NCBI RefSeq assembly: GCF_020745735.1
Contig: NC_083412.1
Span: forward strand, 59,548,320-59,612,319
Length of the DNA stretch: 64,000 nucleotides
DNA from: Hemiscyllium ocellatum
Lineage: Eukaryota
Direction: 5' to 3'
A program made the translations under genes and the position numbers. Positions 26,090 to 39,791 of this stretch are shown here, in pieces. Under the pieces are notes generated by a model. The model was given only the letters and a program-made list of their open reading frames with translations, ran no database searches and had not been told where the DNA came from. Within the stretch, counting starts at the first letter, position 1. Every line of letters starts with the position of its first letter.

Positions 26090-26745
26090 TCTCAACTTAG
26101 ACCATAAAATCATATGCTGGCCTTCATAGTGAGTGGATTTGAGTATATGAGGAAGGATATCTTGCTGCAGTTATGCAGGGCCTCAGTGAGGCCATGTGTT
26201 GAGTATTGTGTGCAGTATTGGTCCCCTTGTCTCAGGAGGGACATTCTTGCTGTTGAGAATCCAACAATTGGTTCTCAAGACCGATTCCTGGGATGGTAGG
26301 ACTGACATATGAAGAAGGATTGGATCGACTGGGCTTATGCTCGCTGGAACTTAGAAGAATCAGAGGGCATCTCATAGACACATATAAAATACTGATGGGA
26401 CTGGACAGGCTAGATGTGGGAAGAATGTTCCTGATGTTGGGGAAGTCCAGAAGTAGGAGTCACAGTCGAAGAATAAGGGGTAAGCCATTCAGGATTGAGA
26501 TGAAGAAGAATATCTTCACTCAGAGAGTTGTGATCCGGTGGAATTTCCTGCCATAGAAGGCTGGAAATGTATTAAGGCCAATGTATTAGATATATTCAAG
26601 AGGCCCTTGCAGGTAAAGGGATCAAAGGGTATGGAGAGAAAGCAGAAATGGGAAACAGAGATTGCATGATCAGCCATGATCATATTGAATGGTGCTGCAG
26701 GGTCGAAGGGCTGAGTGGTTGACCCCTGCACATGTTTTCAATGTT
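26090..26745 (+). mobile_element. CR1 LINE 3' fragment
   Basis: ORFs MLAFIVSGFEY..LQLCRASVRPCVEYCVQYWSP and LELRRIRGHLIDTYKILMGLDR. Confidence 0.85.
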
Positions 26746-26759
26746 TCTGTGTTTCTATA

Positions 26760-27840
26760 AGACATAGGAGTAGAAGTAGGCCATTCAGCCCATTCTATCA
26801 TTCAATGAGATCACAACTAGTCTGATAATCAAATCCACTATCCTATCTTTCCCCTACAACCCTCAATTCCTTTACTAATTAAAAATCTGTCTGTCTCAGC
26901 CTTGAATATATTTAGCAATACAGCCTCAACATCCTTCTGTGGCAAATAATTCTATAGTTACACTATCCTCTGAAGGAAGAAATTGCTCCTCATCTCTGCT
27001 TAACTGTATGGTCCTTTATTCTGAGGTTATGCTTTCTGGTCCTACACTCTCCCACAAGGCAAAACAACCTTTTTGCATCTATCCTGTTAAGTCCTCTAAG
27101 AATCTTGATTATTTCAATAATGTCAATCTGATTCTTCTATATTTCAGTGGGTACTGGTCCAAACTACTCAACCTTGCTTCATAAGACAATCCCTCCATAC
27201 TAGCCTAGGGAAACTTCTCTGAACTGTCCCCAATGCCAGTATGTCTTAGATAAGGGACCCAAAACTGTTCACAGTATTTCATCTGTGGACTGATGAGTGC
27301 ATTGTATCCTTTTAGCAAATTCTCCCTACTTTTATTCCCCATCCCCTTTAAAATAGGGGCTAAAATTCCATTTGCCTTCCCTATTACTGGCTGAATGTGA
27401 ATGCTTTCTGTGTTTCGTAGACGATGACCCTCAAAACCATCTGTTCCATGGCTTTCTACAGTTTTTGTCCATTTAAAATATTATTTAGCTCCTTTATTCT
27501 TCCCACCAAAGGGGATAACATCACATTTCCCCACATTATATTCCATTAATCAACTTTTTCGCCCACTCGCCTATGTCCCTCTGAAGGCTCTTTGTGTCAT
27601 CCTCACCACTTGCCTTCCCAACTATGTTTGTGTCTCAAGCAAACTTGGCTTTAGTCCAATCACTTCCTTCATCCAAAGCACTAATATGTATTGTAAATAA
27701 TTCTGGACCTAACACTAATCTTTGTGGAATTGTGCACTTTTTCCTTCAAGTTAACACTATCTTGAACTTCCTTAGCTATCCACAGATTGTGCATTCCTCT
27801 CCTAGATTCTCTCTTACTAGAATGTATCTTTGCTAATAAT
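26760..27840 (-). mobile_element. CR1 LINE fragment, tail-to-tail with the preceding copy
   Basis: Reverse CR1 3' end starting at cataagacataggagtagaagtaggccattcagccc. Confidence 0.7.
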
Positions 27841-28669
27841 GATGAAATATCTCATTAAATGTCTGCCACTGCATATCTGTTGTCCTATTCCATAACATTA
27901 ATTTCCCAACTTACTTTGGCTAGTACTGCCTTCATATCCTTGACAATGACCTTTATTTAAGTTTCAAACATTAATCTTCAACCAAATCTTCTCCTCCTCA
28001 AAATGAAGGCAAAATATGATCATGTTTGACATTGTTTTCCTGGAGCCTTCTTCACAATGAGAACAGTCTTGTCATTCCACCTTATGAGTTCTGAAATGAC
28101 ATCTCTCTCTAGTTGACTGTAGAAGATTTAAGAATCTGTCCTGAAAACATTACATGAACAGATTCCATGCTACCTTTGTAATTTAAATCATCTTTGATTT
28201 ATCTCCATATCCTTTGCAAAATTCCCCATTACTTATTCCTGTATATTCTAACAGTTTAGTTACCATGTGCAGACCTACAAATACTCCCACAAGACACATC
28301 TTACATTTCCTGTCTATTATTTCTGCCAAAACTGCACCTTGATCTTTAATACAAATGTTATCTTTTACTGTGTACTAAATTCATTTTTAATTAACACAGC
28401 TACCTTTTCCGAGCTTCCTGTCCTTTTGAAGTATCATGAAGCTTTTAATATATAGGTCCTAGTCTTGCTCATGCTGTGGTCGGACCTCTGTAATAGCTAT
28501 CAAGTCATACATATTTATTCCTATATGACATAACAATTCATCCATTTGTTACAAATGCATTCAGATACCATTGTTTTTACTATTATTTGTTGATGTAATC
28601 TGAAATTTTAAGCTCTGTCCCTTCCTGCCTCACTGATTATCATTACCCATGTTGGTACCTCGTACATAC

Positions 28670-30470
28670 CTTAGAACATAGACGTGTACAACACAACATG
28701 ATGTTGTGCCGAATATGACTCCAAATCAAACCAATTCCTTTTGCCTGTCCTTGGTCCATGTCCCTTGCATAATCATGTATTTATCTAAAAGATCCTTAAA
28801 CGCCCATAACGTGTTTGTGTCCACCACTCTTGGCAGGGCGTTCCACACTCTCTGTCCAAAATCTTGACCCTCATATGTCCTTTGAACCTACCCCCTCACC
28901 TTAAATGCATGCCCCCTTGTTTAGATATTTAAACTCTGAAAAAAAATTCTGACAATGAACCCTATCTATGCATCCATAATTTTATAGACTTCTATCAAGT
29001 CTCCACTCAGCCTCCACCCCTCCAGAGAAAACAACCTGCGTTTTTCTAGCCTCTCCTTATAGCTCACACCCTCTAATCCAGGCAGCATCCTAGTAAACCT
29101 CTTCAGCACCCTCTACACAATCTCCACATCCTTCTTGTAAGTGGCAACCAGAATTGAACAAGTGAACTACTCCAAGTGTGGCCTAACCAACATCTTATAA
29201 AGCTGGAACATGACATCCTGACTCTTGTACTCACTTCCCCAACCAATAAAGGCAAGCATGCCATACACCTTCTTTACCATCCTATCTACTCACGTGGCCA
29301 CTTTCAGGGAGCCACAGGCTTGAACCCCAAGACTGCTCTGTACATCAATAGTGTTCAGGGTCCTGACATTAACTGTATATTTTTCCTTAAAAGTTGACCT
29401 CCCAAAGTGTAGCCCGTTACACTTACGCAAGTTAAATTCCACCTGCTATTTCTCTGCCCATTTTTACAACTGATCTATATCCTGCCTTATCCTTTGACAA
29501 CCTTCTACATTATTCACAACTACACTGATCTTTGTATCATTTGCAAACTTACTAACCCACCCATCTACATTTTCATCCAAGTAATTTAAACCCATCACAA
29601 ACAACAGAGGTGTCAGTATGGATCCCTGCGAAACACCCCTGTTATGGACTAAGCCATTCTTAAGCAGGCAGCCCAGACCGCAACTTTGCTATTTGTTTTA
29701 GGAAGTGTACAGTGAAAATTACCCAGAGTAGGTTAGCTAGGTTGACTACCAGATTTTAAAAACAGACAAAAATTTATTCACAAAATTACGTAATGAAACA
29801 CAAAGAAGTGAAACAGAAAGAACAACATAGAATGCCCACAGAACTCAGTCTGTCCAAACTAGAGTTAATTATACTGTTCTGAAAATATACAACAGTCCCA
29901 AGAAACAAACCCCATAATCACAGAGTAAAAATAAAACAGAGGCTTACAGGCCAAAGTTAGAAGGGCAGAGGAAAGAGAAAAAGGTTTCTGGCCTTCTTCC
30001 ACACAGCCTCTGCTGCAACTGACTAAAACAAGAATTCAGCTTTCAGGACTGACCACTCCCCTTTCATTATACAGGTTACTTCTAAAACATAAAAGCCTTA
30101 GCCTAAAGTCTCATCTGTTTGCATACAAATAAAAAGCCTCTCAGTAAACACTTTCATCTCTGTACCACTTCAGCCTATTCTGAGCCTGGGCTGTTTTATG
30201 ACCCATCTGATAAAAATCAAGGACTCAATATCCTTGAGAAAAAGGAACAGCTTTGTGACACAACTAGGCATGGACCTTCAGCAAGAAAAACACCCTTCCA
30301 TCACTACCTTCTGCTTTCTATGGCCAATTCTCTATTCTGAAGGCCAAATCAGCGTGGATCCCAGGCATCCTAATCTTCTGGATGAGCTTACCATGACAGA
30401 CCTTGTTGAAAGCCTTGCTAAAGCCTTGTCCTCTCCCACCATTTGATCTGTCTTCCCCAGTCCCCACTAT
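28670..30470 (-). mobile_element. CR1 LINE fragment interrupted by a solo LTR
   Basis: Reverse CR1 text at 28670-29639 resumes after 30260 (ccatgacagaccttgttgaaagccttgct). Confidence 0.7.
29640..30260 (-). mobile_element. Solo LTR (same family as 52750-53382)
   Basis: Termini TGTTATGGACT...TTTGTGACA; collinear reverse-complement similarity to 52750-53382. The 4-bp flanks (cccc/caac) do not match as a clean TSD. Confidence 0.8.
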
Positions 30471-31043
30471 TTGGCTCCACTGCTCCAGTTATACAACTCA
30501 TCACTTGTAATAGTCTTAATGCTGACCAACAGTTTGAGAGTGGCCCAAGCACCAATGACTCCTGTATTTTCAGTTTTTTCCTACTCTTTCAGATGCCTAA
30601 CTATCTGTAATCCTGAACTCTTACTGCCTGTGGAATATGAATTTTTCTAATGGTTATTTTTATTAGAATTATGTCATGCAGCATTTATACACTGTTTTCA
30701 ATGCAATGCATTTAGTTCAGCCACAAAAGAAGATTGCATTCTATTCCAAATACTTTTTCCATTCTTCAGTTTATGGCATTCATTCCTAATGATCCAAAGA
30801 CAAAATGATACAATAAGGAGAAGACTCATTAGACCAAAGTATTAATAATTGGAAAAATCTTCAAATTGCAATTGGAACATCAATCAAACCATTAGTAATA
30901 ATTGATTATACATGATCAAGAATTGATACATTACATTCAATAATTTAAAATTCAGATCTTCAGATATATTCTTTAAACTGCATATTAAATCTGAAATATA
31001 TTTACTCACTGTCACTGGAATTTTTAATTGACTTGTGTGAAAT

Positions 31044-31259
31044 CTTCGAGGAGAAAGTGAGGTCTGCAGATGCTGGAGATCAGAGCTGAAAATGTGTTGC
31101 TGGAAAAGCGCAGCAGGTTAGGCAGCTTCCAAGGAACAGGAGATTCGACGTTTCGGGCATAAGCCTGAAGAAGGACTTATGCCAGAAACGTCGAATCTCC
31201 TGTTCCTTGGATGCTGCCTGACCTGCTGTGCTTTTCCAGCAACACATTTTCAGCTCTTG
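31044..31259. mobile_element. Penelope-type fold-back element with 11-bp TSD
   Basis: Inverted arms gagctgaaaatgtgttgctggaaaag.../...cttttccagcaacacattttcagctc; TTGTGTGAAAT at both 31033-31043 and 31260-31270. Confidence 0.85.
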
Positions 31260-31556
31260 TTGTGTGAAATGTATGAGTAGAACACCATTAAAGACTAATA
31301 TTAAAAATACTGTAATTTGTGTAATATGAATGTTATATGCATTATCCTATTTCTACTAAAATTTTCCAAAGAAATGCAGTAGCTATTTAACGGTTGAAGG
31401 ACTAATTCCACACCATCATTGAGGCTTTATCATAATGGTTATATTATTCATGAGTGGTTTTGTCACTGCCAGAAGGGATGCCACACCTCACTGTACTGGC
31501 GCATTGAATCGCGTTACTGAGATATACAGTATTACCACTTTCAATCGAATATCATA

Positions 31557-32586
31557 CTTTAACTATATAGCAAAAATTGCTGGGCACAACACCCTAAGAG
31601 ATGATCTTAAAATATTTCACTTTGCACCAAATAACTGTACAGATATTTAAAAATAACTTCAAAACCTAAGCCATCCTGCTGAGTTTCTATTCTCTGAATC
31701 CTTTATGTTCAGTAACAAGTTCACTACAGCCAGATAGTGATAAGCAAATTATCCACTTACATTTAAATGCAGAAAACCAATGTACTGCCAGCCTCTTACT
31801 GAACTCACACCTCCATTTTTGCTGCAGTTACACAGGTTTGAAATAGGCAATGTATCTTGAACTCCTTGCTAAAATTACTGGCGATTGGAAAGTTAATTTA
31901 TAATGTGCCTTCATGATTGTCCTTCCCTCATCTAACATGTTTGTCTAAACTCAGGTGCCCTGTCATTAATGGTATCTTTCAAAAATGATTTGTGTTATTT
32001 CCGGTTTTCAATGCATACATGGTGGCTATCAGTGTTGCAAGCTGATGGTTATTATTATAAATTGCCAGTTCTGGTTCAAACAAAAAACAAACCAGTTCAC
32101 CTACATTGGAGATTGCCAGGGCAATTGTGGTCTAATTTGAAAGTTAGAACTGGAGACTGCCAGGTCCAATATTGGTGAAAATAAATCTCATGCCTTCAGC
32201 ATTCACATCTATCTCCTGTAATTTCCAAATCACCCCTGTTGCTGTTAATTTGCAACTGATGGACAGAGCTACAGGTTGTGATGACAAGCCACTTCCTACC
32301 CAACACAGTCTAGCACCTTCAATTCATAAATAGGTGACATATATTTCCGACTATCATTACCTGCTTTTCTGTTGGTCAGCTTTTTCTTTGGTCTGGCAGC
32401 ATAAAATAACATTTTTTAACAAGATTGGTTTCAAACTGCATACTATGAAGACAGAAACCATTCAGGCAGCCTCCGAGAGGAAATAGTTTGCTACAGCCCA
32501 TATTTATACATTTTATAATTCTTCCCTTCCAAACTCCTACTCCCAATAGGGTGTTGTGCACAGCTATTTTTGCGATATAGTTGAAG
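31557..32586. repeat. 40-bp inverted repeat pair (36/40 identical) about 1 kb apart; possible MITE or DNA transposon ends
   Basis: 31557-31596 ctttaactatatagcaaaaattgctgggcacaacacccta versus the reverse complement of 32547-32586, cttcaactatatcgcaaaaatagctgtgcacaacacccta. Confidence 0.7.
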
Positions 32587-32609
32587 GAGCTATAGTCCTG
32601 CTCTCTCAT

Positions 32610-32782
32610 TAAAGAGATATGGCTGGTGGTAGATTAGCCTGAGGAGTCACCATGCTTAATATGAGGGGAGAAGTTGAAAAAGTGGGAACTCCCAGTAACC
32701 ACAGCTGGTGTGTGAATTGAACCTGTGCTGTTGGTGTTACTCTACATCAGAGGCTGACCAACTTAACTAACCAGCCCCCAAA
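32610..32782 (-). mobile_element. Probable tRNA-derived SINE fragment
   Basis: gaattgaacctgtgctgttgg...ttaactaaccagccccc resembles a reverse B-box/A-box head. Confidence 0.45.
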
Positions 32783-32795
32783 TGCTGACTGCAGT

Positions 32796-35573
32796 GAAAC
32801 AGTAAAAGGGAACATCAGGAGGTTCTTCATCCTCAAAGGTGTTCAGGAGGCGAGAAAGAGGCGGGGAAAATTGTCCCAGCTCCAGGAAAGTATGCAGAAC
32901 CTGCTCCTGCTGCAGACGATGGGGGTTGATGTCACGGAGGACCTCAAGGAGGTGAAGGGCCAGCAAGCCTCGCTCTTTTCCTCGGAGGCTTCCAAGATAA
33001 TCTTCCGGTCCAGGGTCCGCTCGGTGGAGCAGGACGAGACGTGCTCATGTTTCTTCTTCCAAAAGGTGCACAAAGAGAGCTCTGTGCTTAGCAGCCTGAA
33101 GGAAGAAGACGGCTCGATAACGTCATCTCAGGGTGACGTCATGAGGATCAGTAAATCCTTCTATGCCAGTCTGTATGATGCGAAGCCGACAAATAGCGCG
33201 GCCTCCCAGTCGTTGCTGTCGTCTATCACGGAAGTCTTAGATGACAGAACACGCGAGAGGCTGGACCAGCCGCTATCTCTGGACGAGCTGAACAAGGTCC
33301 TCGAGTTCTTCGAAAAGAAGAAAACTCCCGGAAGCAACGGCTTACCGGTCGAGCTCTATTCCACTCTGTGGGACTTGATTGGCCAGGACCTGCTGGAGGT
33401 GTATGTCAGTATGCTTCAGGCAGGTACCATGAGCGAATCCATGAGGAAAGGCATCATCACCCTCATCTACAAGCGGAAGGGGGAGAGGGAGGAACTCAAA
33501 AATTGGAGACCGATCACACTGTTGAATGCGGATTACAAAATCCTGTCTAAGGTAATTGCCAACCAGGTCAGGTCTGCTCTGGGGTCAGTGATTCACCCTG
33601 GCCAAACCTGTGCTGTGCCGGGCAGGAAGATCGCTGAGAGTCTCGCACTCCTCAGGGATACGATTGCCTACGTGCAGGACAGAGGGTTGGACACCTGCCT
33701 GATCAGCCTGGACCAGGAGAAAGCCTTTGACAGGATATCACACAGGTATATGAGAGATGTTCTCTCCAAAATGGGCTTTGGGGAGGGAATCTACAATTGG
33801 ATCAGACTGCTCTACACCAACATCGTCAGTGCAGTCTCAATCAATGGGTGGGAATCAGATAGCTTCCCAGTCAGATCTGGAGTCAGGCAGGGCTGCCCTC
33901 TCTCTCCTGCCTTGTTTGTGTGCTGCATAGAGCCATTTGCTGAGTCCATCAGGAAGGATGCGAGCCTGAGAGGGGTGACTATTCCTGGCAGAGGGGGCCT
34001 GCAGGTTAAGGCCTCCCTGTACATGGATGACGTCACCATTTTCTGCTCGGATCTGCTGTCCGTGCGCAGACTCATGTGCATACGTGACCAGTTCGAACAG
34101 GCCTCGGGGGCCAAGGTAAACCAAGGCAAGAGCGGGGCCATGCTCTTCAGGAACTGGGCCGACCAATCCTCGATCCCCTTTACCGTCAGGACCGACCACC
34201 TGAAGGTGCTGGGTATTTGGTTCGGGAGGGCTGGGGCGTGCGCCAAATCTTGGGAGGAGCGTATCAGTAAAGTGAGACAGAAACTGGGCAGATGGAAGCT
34301 ACGGTCGCTGTCCATCACGGGAAAAAACCTGGTCATCACTGTCATTGCTGTTGTACATGGCACAGGTCTGGCCTATTCCCAGAACCTGCACCTCTGCAGT
34401 CACCCGGGCCATCTTCCAGTTTATATGGAGTTCAAAGATGGGCCGGGTCCGAAGGGACTCGCTATACAAAGATCTGGGCAACGGGGGAAAAAATACACCC
34501 AATGCCACCCTCACCCTGATGGCCACCTTTGTGTGTGGCTGCATCAAGCTGTGCGTGGATCCCCGGTACGCAAACACCAAGTGTCACTACGTACTGAGGT
34601 TCTACCTGTTCCCGGTGTTGCGAAGGATGGGCCTGGCCTCGCTGCCACAGAACGCTCCAAGTAGTTAGACCATTCCGTATCACCTGTCCTTCGTGGAGAA
34701 GTTTATGAAGAAAAACACCTTTGACCACAAGTCCATCAGGTAGTGGTCAGCACGTATTGTCCTTGAGACCCTTCGGGAAAAGGAGAGGGCGGATCCTATC
34801 GAGCGGTTCCCTGAGCAGACTGTCAAAGCCATTTGGCAGAATGCCTCATCGCCAGAACTGTCCAACAAGCACCAAGACACGGCTTGGCTGGTGGTGAGAA
34901 GGGCTCTGCCTTTGAGATCTTTTATGCACGCCCGGACTCTCAGCCGCATCGCACGCTGCCCTCGAAGCGGCTGCGGGGGGGAAGAGACTGTCACACACCT
35001 CCTTCTGGAATGTGCCTATGCAGAGGAAGCCTGGAGAGGAATGCAGTGGTGTTTGTCGAGGTTCGTCCCGAGCAGCGCCGTGATGCGGGACTCCGTGCTC
35101 TACGGCCTGTTCCCCGGGACGCACACTGAGACGAGCATCGACTGTGTCTGGAGGATCATCAACTCGGTGAAGAACGCTCTCTGGGCGGTCCGAAACCTGT
35201 TGATCTTCCAGCAGAAGGAGTTGACCCCAACTGAGTGTTGCAGACTGGCACATTCCAAGATCCAGGACTACGTGTTGAGGGACGGGCTGAAGCTTGGGAC
35301 AGCTGCCGCCAAGGCGCGGTGGGGAAAGACCACCGTTTAACATCTGCCTGCCTAAAGAAGAACAGGGGGCCCAAGCAGACTTTTGGGCTCTGCTGACGCC
35401 TCAGCTAAATATATGGGCATATGAGCAAAAAAAGCACAGACCTGTATGTAACAATGATAATTTCTGATCTGTGTATGTAAATGTTGACATATGTATGGCA
35501 TTACCTAATGTACAGTCCATCAAATTATTTTATGATTATTTTACAAATAAAGTATATTTTTGAAATTAAAAAA
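32796..35573 (+). mobile_element. 5'-truncated Tx1-clade LINE (RT plus CCHC), disrupted
   Basis: RT motifs WRPITLLNADYKILSK, SLDQEKAFD, GVRQGCPLSP, LYMDD; frameshift near 34335; stops near 34666 and 34741; CPRSGC..HLLLEC knuckle; AATAAA and A-tail near 35545-35573. Confidence 0.9.
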
Positions 35574-36089
35574 AGACTCACTATTAGGTGAAGACACCTC
35601 ACTACTACCTTCTCAAGGGAATAAATACTGATCAAACCAGCAAAGTCCACATCCCAAGCAATAAAACCCCAGAGAAGGCTGGAAGTAATTGGCAGCATCT
35701 GCGGAGAGGGACCTCTCACTTTCCAGATAACTCTCCTTAGTGTTCTGATGAAAGGCCACCACCTGCAATGTTGGACTCCCTTTCCAGAGAAGCTAACTGA
35801 TCTTCATTGCCAGCATTTTCTACATTCATTTTGGTTCTGGAGTGGTGCATTCTGTAATCTGCTGAGTGAGGATGACACTGCTGCTTTGGTGTACACCAAA
35901 AACACATTGTGCCACAACCAACTAGTGCCAGTCTATAGCTAGGTCTTATTACTTGTAACTTTGGTTAGATGCTCAGCATGTGGCTATCATATTCCTCTAG
36001 CCATTCGTTTTATCTCTAGCACCATCTTATTTTTAATTTTTGGTAATTATCTCTCTGCCTCAACTAATCAGATCATAGGTCATCACTTT

Positions 36090-37070
36090 ACTTGCTATTC
36101 AGCTGATGATATTTTAGCCTCAGGGCTTTTGCCCGAAATGTTGATTTTCCTGCTCCTTGAATGCTACCCGACCTGCTGTGCTTTTCCAGCACCACTCTAA
36201 TCTTGACTCTGACCTCCAGCATCTGCAGTACCCACTTTCACCTACTGTAGTCTCACAGTCTGACACTTCTAATCATCACAGAGACATATTATTCAGCCTG
36301 TGGATATGCCACTCACATCATTTGTGTGATCTTTTGATCTCTCCATGCTGTGTGCTTCTCTTCACCTGAGCAAGGGACAGCACTCTGAAAGCTTATGACT
36401 GTAAATAAACCAGTTGGACTATAACCTGTGTGACTTCTGACCTATGGCTAGGCCCAGAACACTCATTCTCCAATAGTTTTAAGTTGGTCATGAATTCCCT
36501 GTTCCAAGCTTCTGCCTGATGTGCAAATCCAATGCACCGGCCCTCACTGGAATTTGGCTTATAGCGGTTTTCAAAGGTGCTGACAGATCATCGCAACATT
36601 TGTAAATTTTCAATCTGTCCTCTAGCTGTTTCTTTAGCAACCATTCCCTTAAATATCAAGATCGTGGCCAGAGACATTTCTTTCTCTCAGTCTTTTTCAA
36701 AAAGGTGAAGTTTGGGAATCCGGGTGGTAACCTAACTGCCTGAGCTTTAATGAGCAGGGATAGGAGCGACGCTGTGGGTATGGACTGAACGGGTTTCCTT
36801 TTCTTGTGCTACGATCCTGCATCTAAAATCCCAACCGGTCTGTGGTAATGAACCAAAGAAACTCATGTGAATGGGGATTTATAGATGGTCTATTCTACTC
36901 CCGGCCAGTGACAGTGGTGAAAGCTAAAGACCACACCACACCAGGTTATAGTCCAACAGGTTTATTTGGAAGCACTAGCTTTCGGAGCGCTGCTCCTTCA
37001 TCAGGTGGTTGTGCAGGTTAAGATCATGCTCACAGAATTTAGAGTCCAGTGTCATGGAGATTTGGTACAG
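36090..37070. mobile_element. Several Penelope-type terminal repeat fragments (about 36115-36240, 36365-36440, 36930-37070)
   Basis: Same two short terminal-repeat families seen elsewhere, separated by unique sequence. Confidence 0.6.
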
Positions 37071-37196
37071 TAAACCGGCACCTCCAAGTGACAGTGGTGT
37101 AATAGGAGCCGTGAACACTTCCTGTACACAACTATAACAGAGTGAAGCAGAGGAATGATGTCAATAGGATATCGCCCACAGAATATAACAGGTTCA

Positions 37197-39433
37197 CCCT
37201 CTTGCGGAGGAGGTTGTCGTGGTTGGTTTTGGGTGGTCCTCCTCGGCCTACGCCGACGACGTGCTCTTCACTTTCACCGACCCGGCTGACCTGGTGAGGA
37301 TGCATGAGTGCCAGGTGGTGTACTTGGCAGCATCTTCTGTCAGGATCAACTGGGCCAAATGTTCCGGACGACTGGTAGGTCCATGGCGGATGGACTCTCT
37401 GCTAGAGGAGTTATGGGGATTCAGCTGGAGTACTGCCCATCTCCTCTACCTGGGAGTCTACCTCTGCCTGGCTGAGGAATCCTGACCGGCCAATTGGCAG
37501 GAGCTGGAGGCCAAGGCCTCGGCTTGCCTGGGCCGCTGGTCAGGACTGCTCTAAGGGCTATCTTACAGGAGTAGGGTACTGGTCATAAACCAGCTGGTGG
37601 CCGTCATGCTGTGGTACCGACTGGCCACTTTAGTCTCTCCTCCTGGTTTGTCGCTGCCATCCAGAGAATGTTGGTTCGCTTCTTCTGGGACAAAAAGATA
37701 CACTGGGTCACTGCGCAGGTCCTCAGTCTCCCTATTGAGGAGGGCGGTCAGTTGCTGGTGTGCGTCCCAGGTGGTGACTTTCTGCCTTCAGACCTTGCAG
37801 CGATACCTTTGCGTCAAGCCTCCTCCTAGGTGGTGTGCCCTAGCAAAGTATTTTTTTCCACCAGCTGTGTAACCTCAACTATGGCACACAGCTCCTGTTC
37901 ATTGACCGTGATGGTTTAGAGGTTGCCCTCAGGACGCTGCCTGTCTTTTACCAGGATGTGATCACTGTCTGGAACATGGTTGAATTGCATCGTGCCTACC
38001 CTCCGGCAGGAGTAGCGGCTGTTGTCAGGGAGCCATTGCTCAGGAATCTGCACCTCCATACTCGCGTGTTCGAGTGGCTGTCAGAGGGGAGGGCCATGGC
38101 AGTGAGGGTGACCAGGATCGGGGATGTGCTGGGTAGCAGGGGCCTGGGCTGGACGCTGCCCCAGGACATAGCGAGCAGGGCAGTGGTAGACGTCCGGTGG
38201 GTGGCCACTGCCATTTGAAGCCTTAAAACGGCGGTGCTCGGACCCGACGTAGTGCAGCAGTTGGAGGATGCTCAGTGTGCGGTGGAATCCTGTCTGCGCT
38301 CACCCGTGCCCGGATGGAATTTCACATTGGCCCCCAAGGTGTCGCACTTCCCCCAGAAACCTGTACCGCACAACCTGAGCCACTTTCAGAATTTTAGTTT
38401 TGCCCCTTTTAGAGACATAAAACACCAGGTCTATATCGACTGTTGCGGCACACCGTCCACTTTTTCTCCCTCATCCACCACCCGGGCATGCCTTGGTGTG
38501 CCCATTTATCACCGGGTGGTGGGGATCTCCAGTGGAGGGATCTCTATGCAGGGGTCCTCCCCTTTCACTTGGGGATCTGGGGTGGAGAGTGTTGCATGCA
38601 GCGTTCTCCTGCAACCGAAGATTGCACTGATTCGTGGTCTCCCAGCCCAACCGCTTATTCTGTGATGCTGTGGAGTCCGTGGACCATGTATATGTTGGGT
38701 GTGGGTGCTTGCACCCCCTTTTTGGTTTTCTAAAAACCCTCCTTCTCTGTTTTTAGTTGCATTTCAGTCCCACGCTCCTGATCTTCAGGCACCCGGTACG
38801 GAGGGGGGAGGGCAGGTCTGAAGACCTCCTTGAGGGTCTGCTCCTGGGCCTGGCCAAACTGGCCATAAACTGGTCCAGGCAGCGGGCCATGGAGGAGGTC
38901 GTTAAAGCTGATCACCTTCCCCTCTTCCATGGTTATGTTAGAGCCTGGGTGCGTCTGGAGAAGGAGCATGCTGTGTCCACCAACACCCTGGAGCTGTTCA
39001 GGGAGAAATGGGCACCACAGGGAGTGGAGTACATTAGTTCCCCCTCCAACACTATTTTGATTTAGTCCCTGCCCTCCCCTTCACTGTTTGATCACACAGC
39101 ATTGCCCTTTGATGTGAAGGGCACTGCTTGTCACTGGCCATTTGGATGTTTCTTTTCTTCCTGGTGGTGGAAATTGAATAAAGATTTGTGCACTTTGTGT
39201 CTTTCACTGTGTCTCACACCTACACACACACAACATGGGTGCTGGGGAAAAATAAGCACTACCGCAGTTAGGCGGGAGTGTGAGGGTAAAAAAGGAAAAG
39301 GAGAAAAAAAAAAGCAGGAGTGTCAGAGGTTCTGTTCATTCTGAGAGCTGGCTCTGAGGGAGCTGGATCAGTCTCAAGGATTCTAAATGTGTAAATAAAG
39401 GGTGACCTGATGATGGGGTGGAAAAAAGCATAA
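37197..39433 (+). mobile_element. 5'-truncated, decayed Tx1-clade LINE (second family) with 15-bp TSD
   Basis: SAYADDVLF RT motif and LLLGLAKLAINWSR C-terminal motif; AATATAACAGGTTCA at both 37182-37196 and 39434-39448. Confidence 0.85.
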
Positions 39434-39708
39434 AATATAACAGGTTCATTCTATTCACACGCTCTGGGAACCTGCCAACCGGCTAAATGGCATGTGGCTG
39501 TTGAAGAGAATCATAAATGGGAGCACAGGAGGGGCCATTCGGCCCACTGCTTGTGTCGCCGTGATAGTTTGACGGAACTTTTTCCCATTTCCCTGTAATT
39601 CCTGCCTTTCCTTCTGTATTCCTGTCTGGCCTGAAGTCATGGTGACTCTGTCAGTAATGCAGTGGTCCTGCTGAATGAACTGGGTCAATGTGGCCCTGCT
39701 GACATCTG

Positions 39709-39791
39709 TTACAGAATTATAATTCCCCCTCTGGTTAGTGCTGTATAAACGCTGCCTGTTCTGTATCCGGCGGCACCTTTTCTCTTCATTC
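39709..39791 (-). CDS. Weak candidate terminal exon GMKRKGAAGYRTGSVYTALTRGGIIIL* with an ITIM-like SVYTAL
   Basis: Acceptor ttctggcttcag in phase 1, about 0.8 kb below the C1 exon. No TM exon was found in between. Confidence 0.25.

Noticed and set aside
33368-35374. Many overlapping ORFs on both strands
   Set aside because: They are alternative frames of GC-rich Tx1 ORF2.
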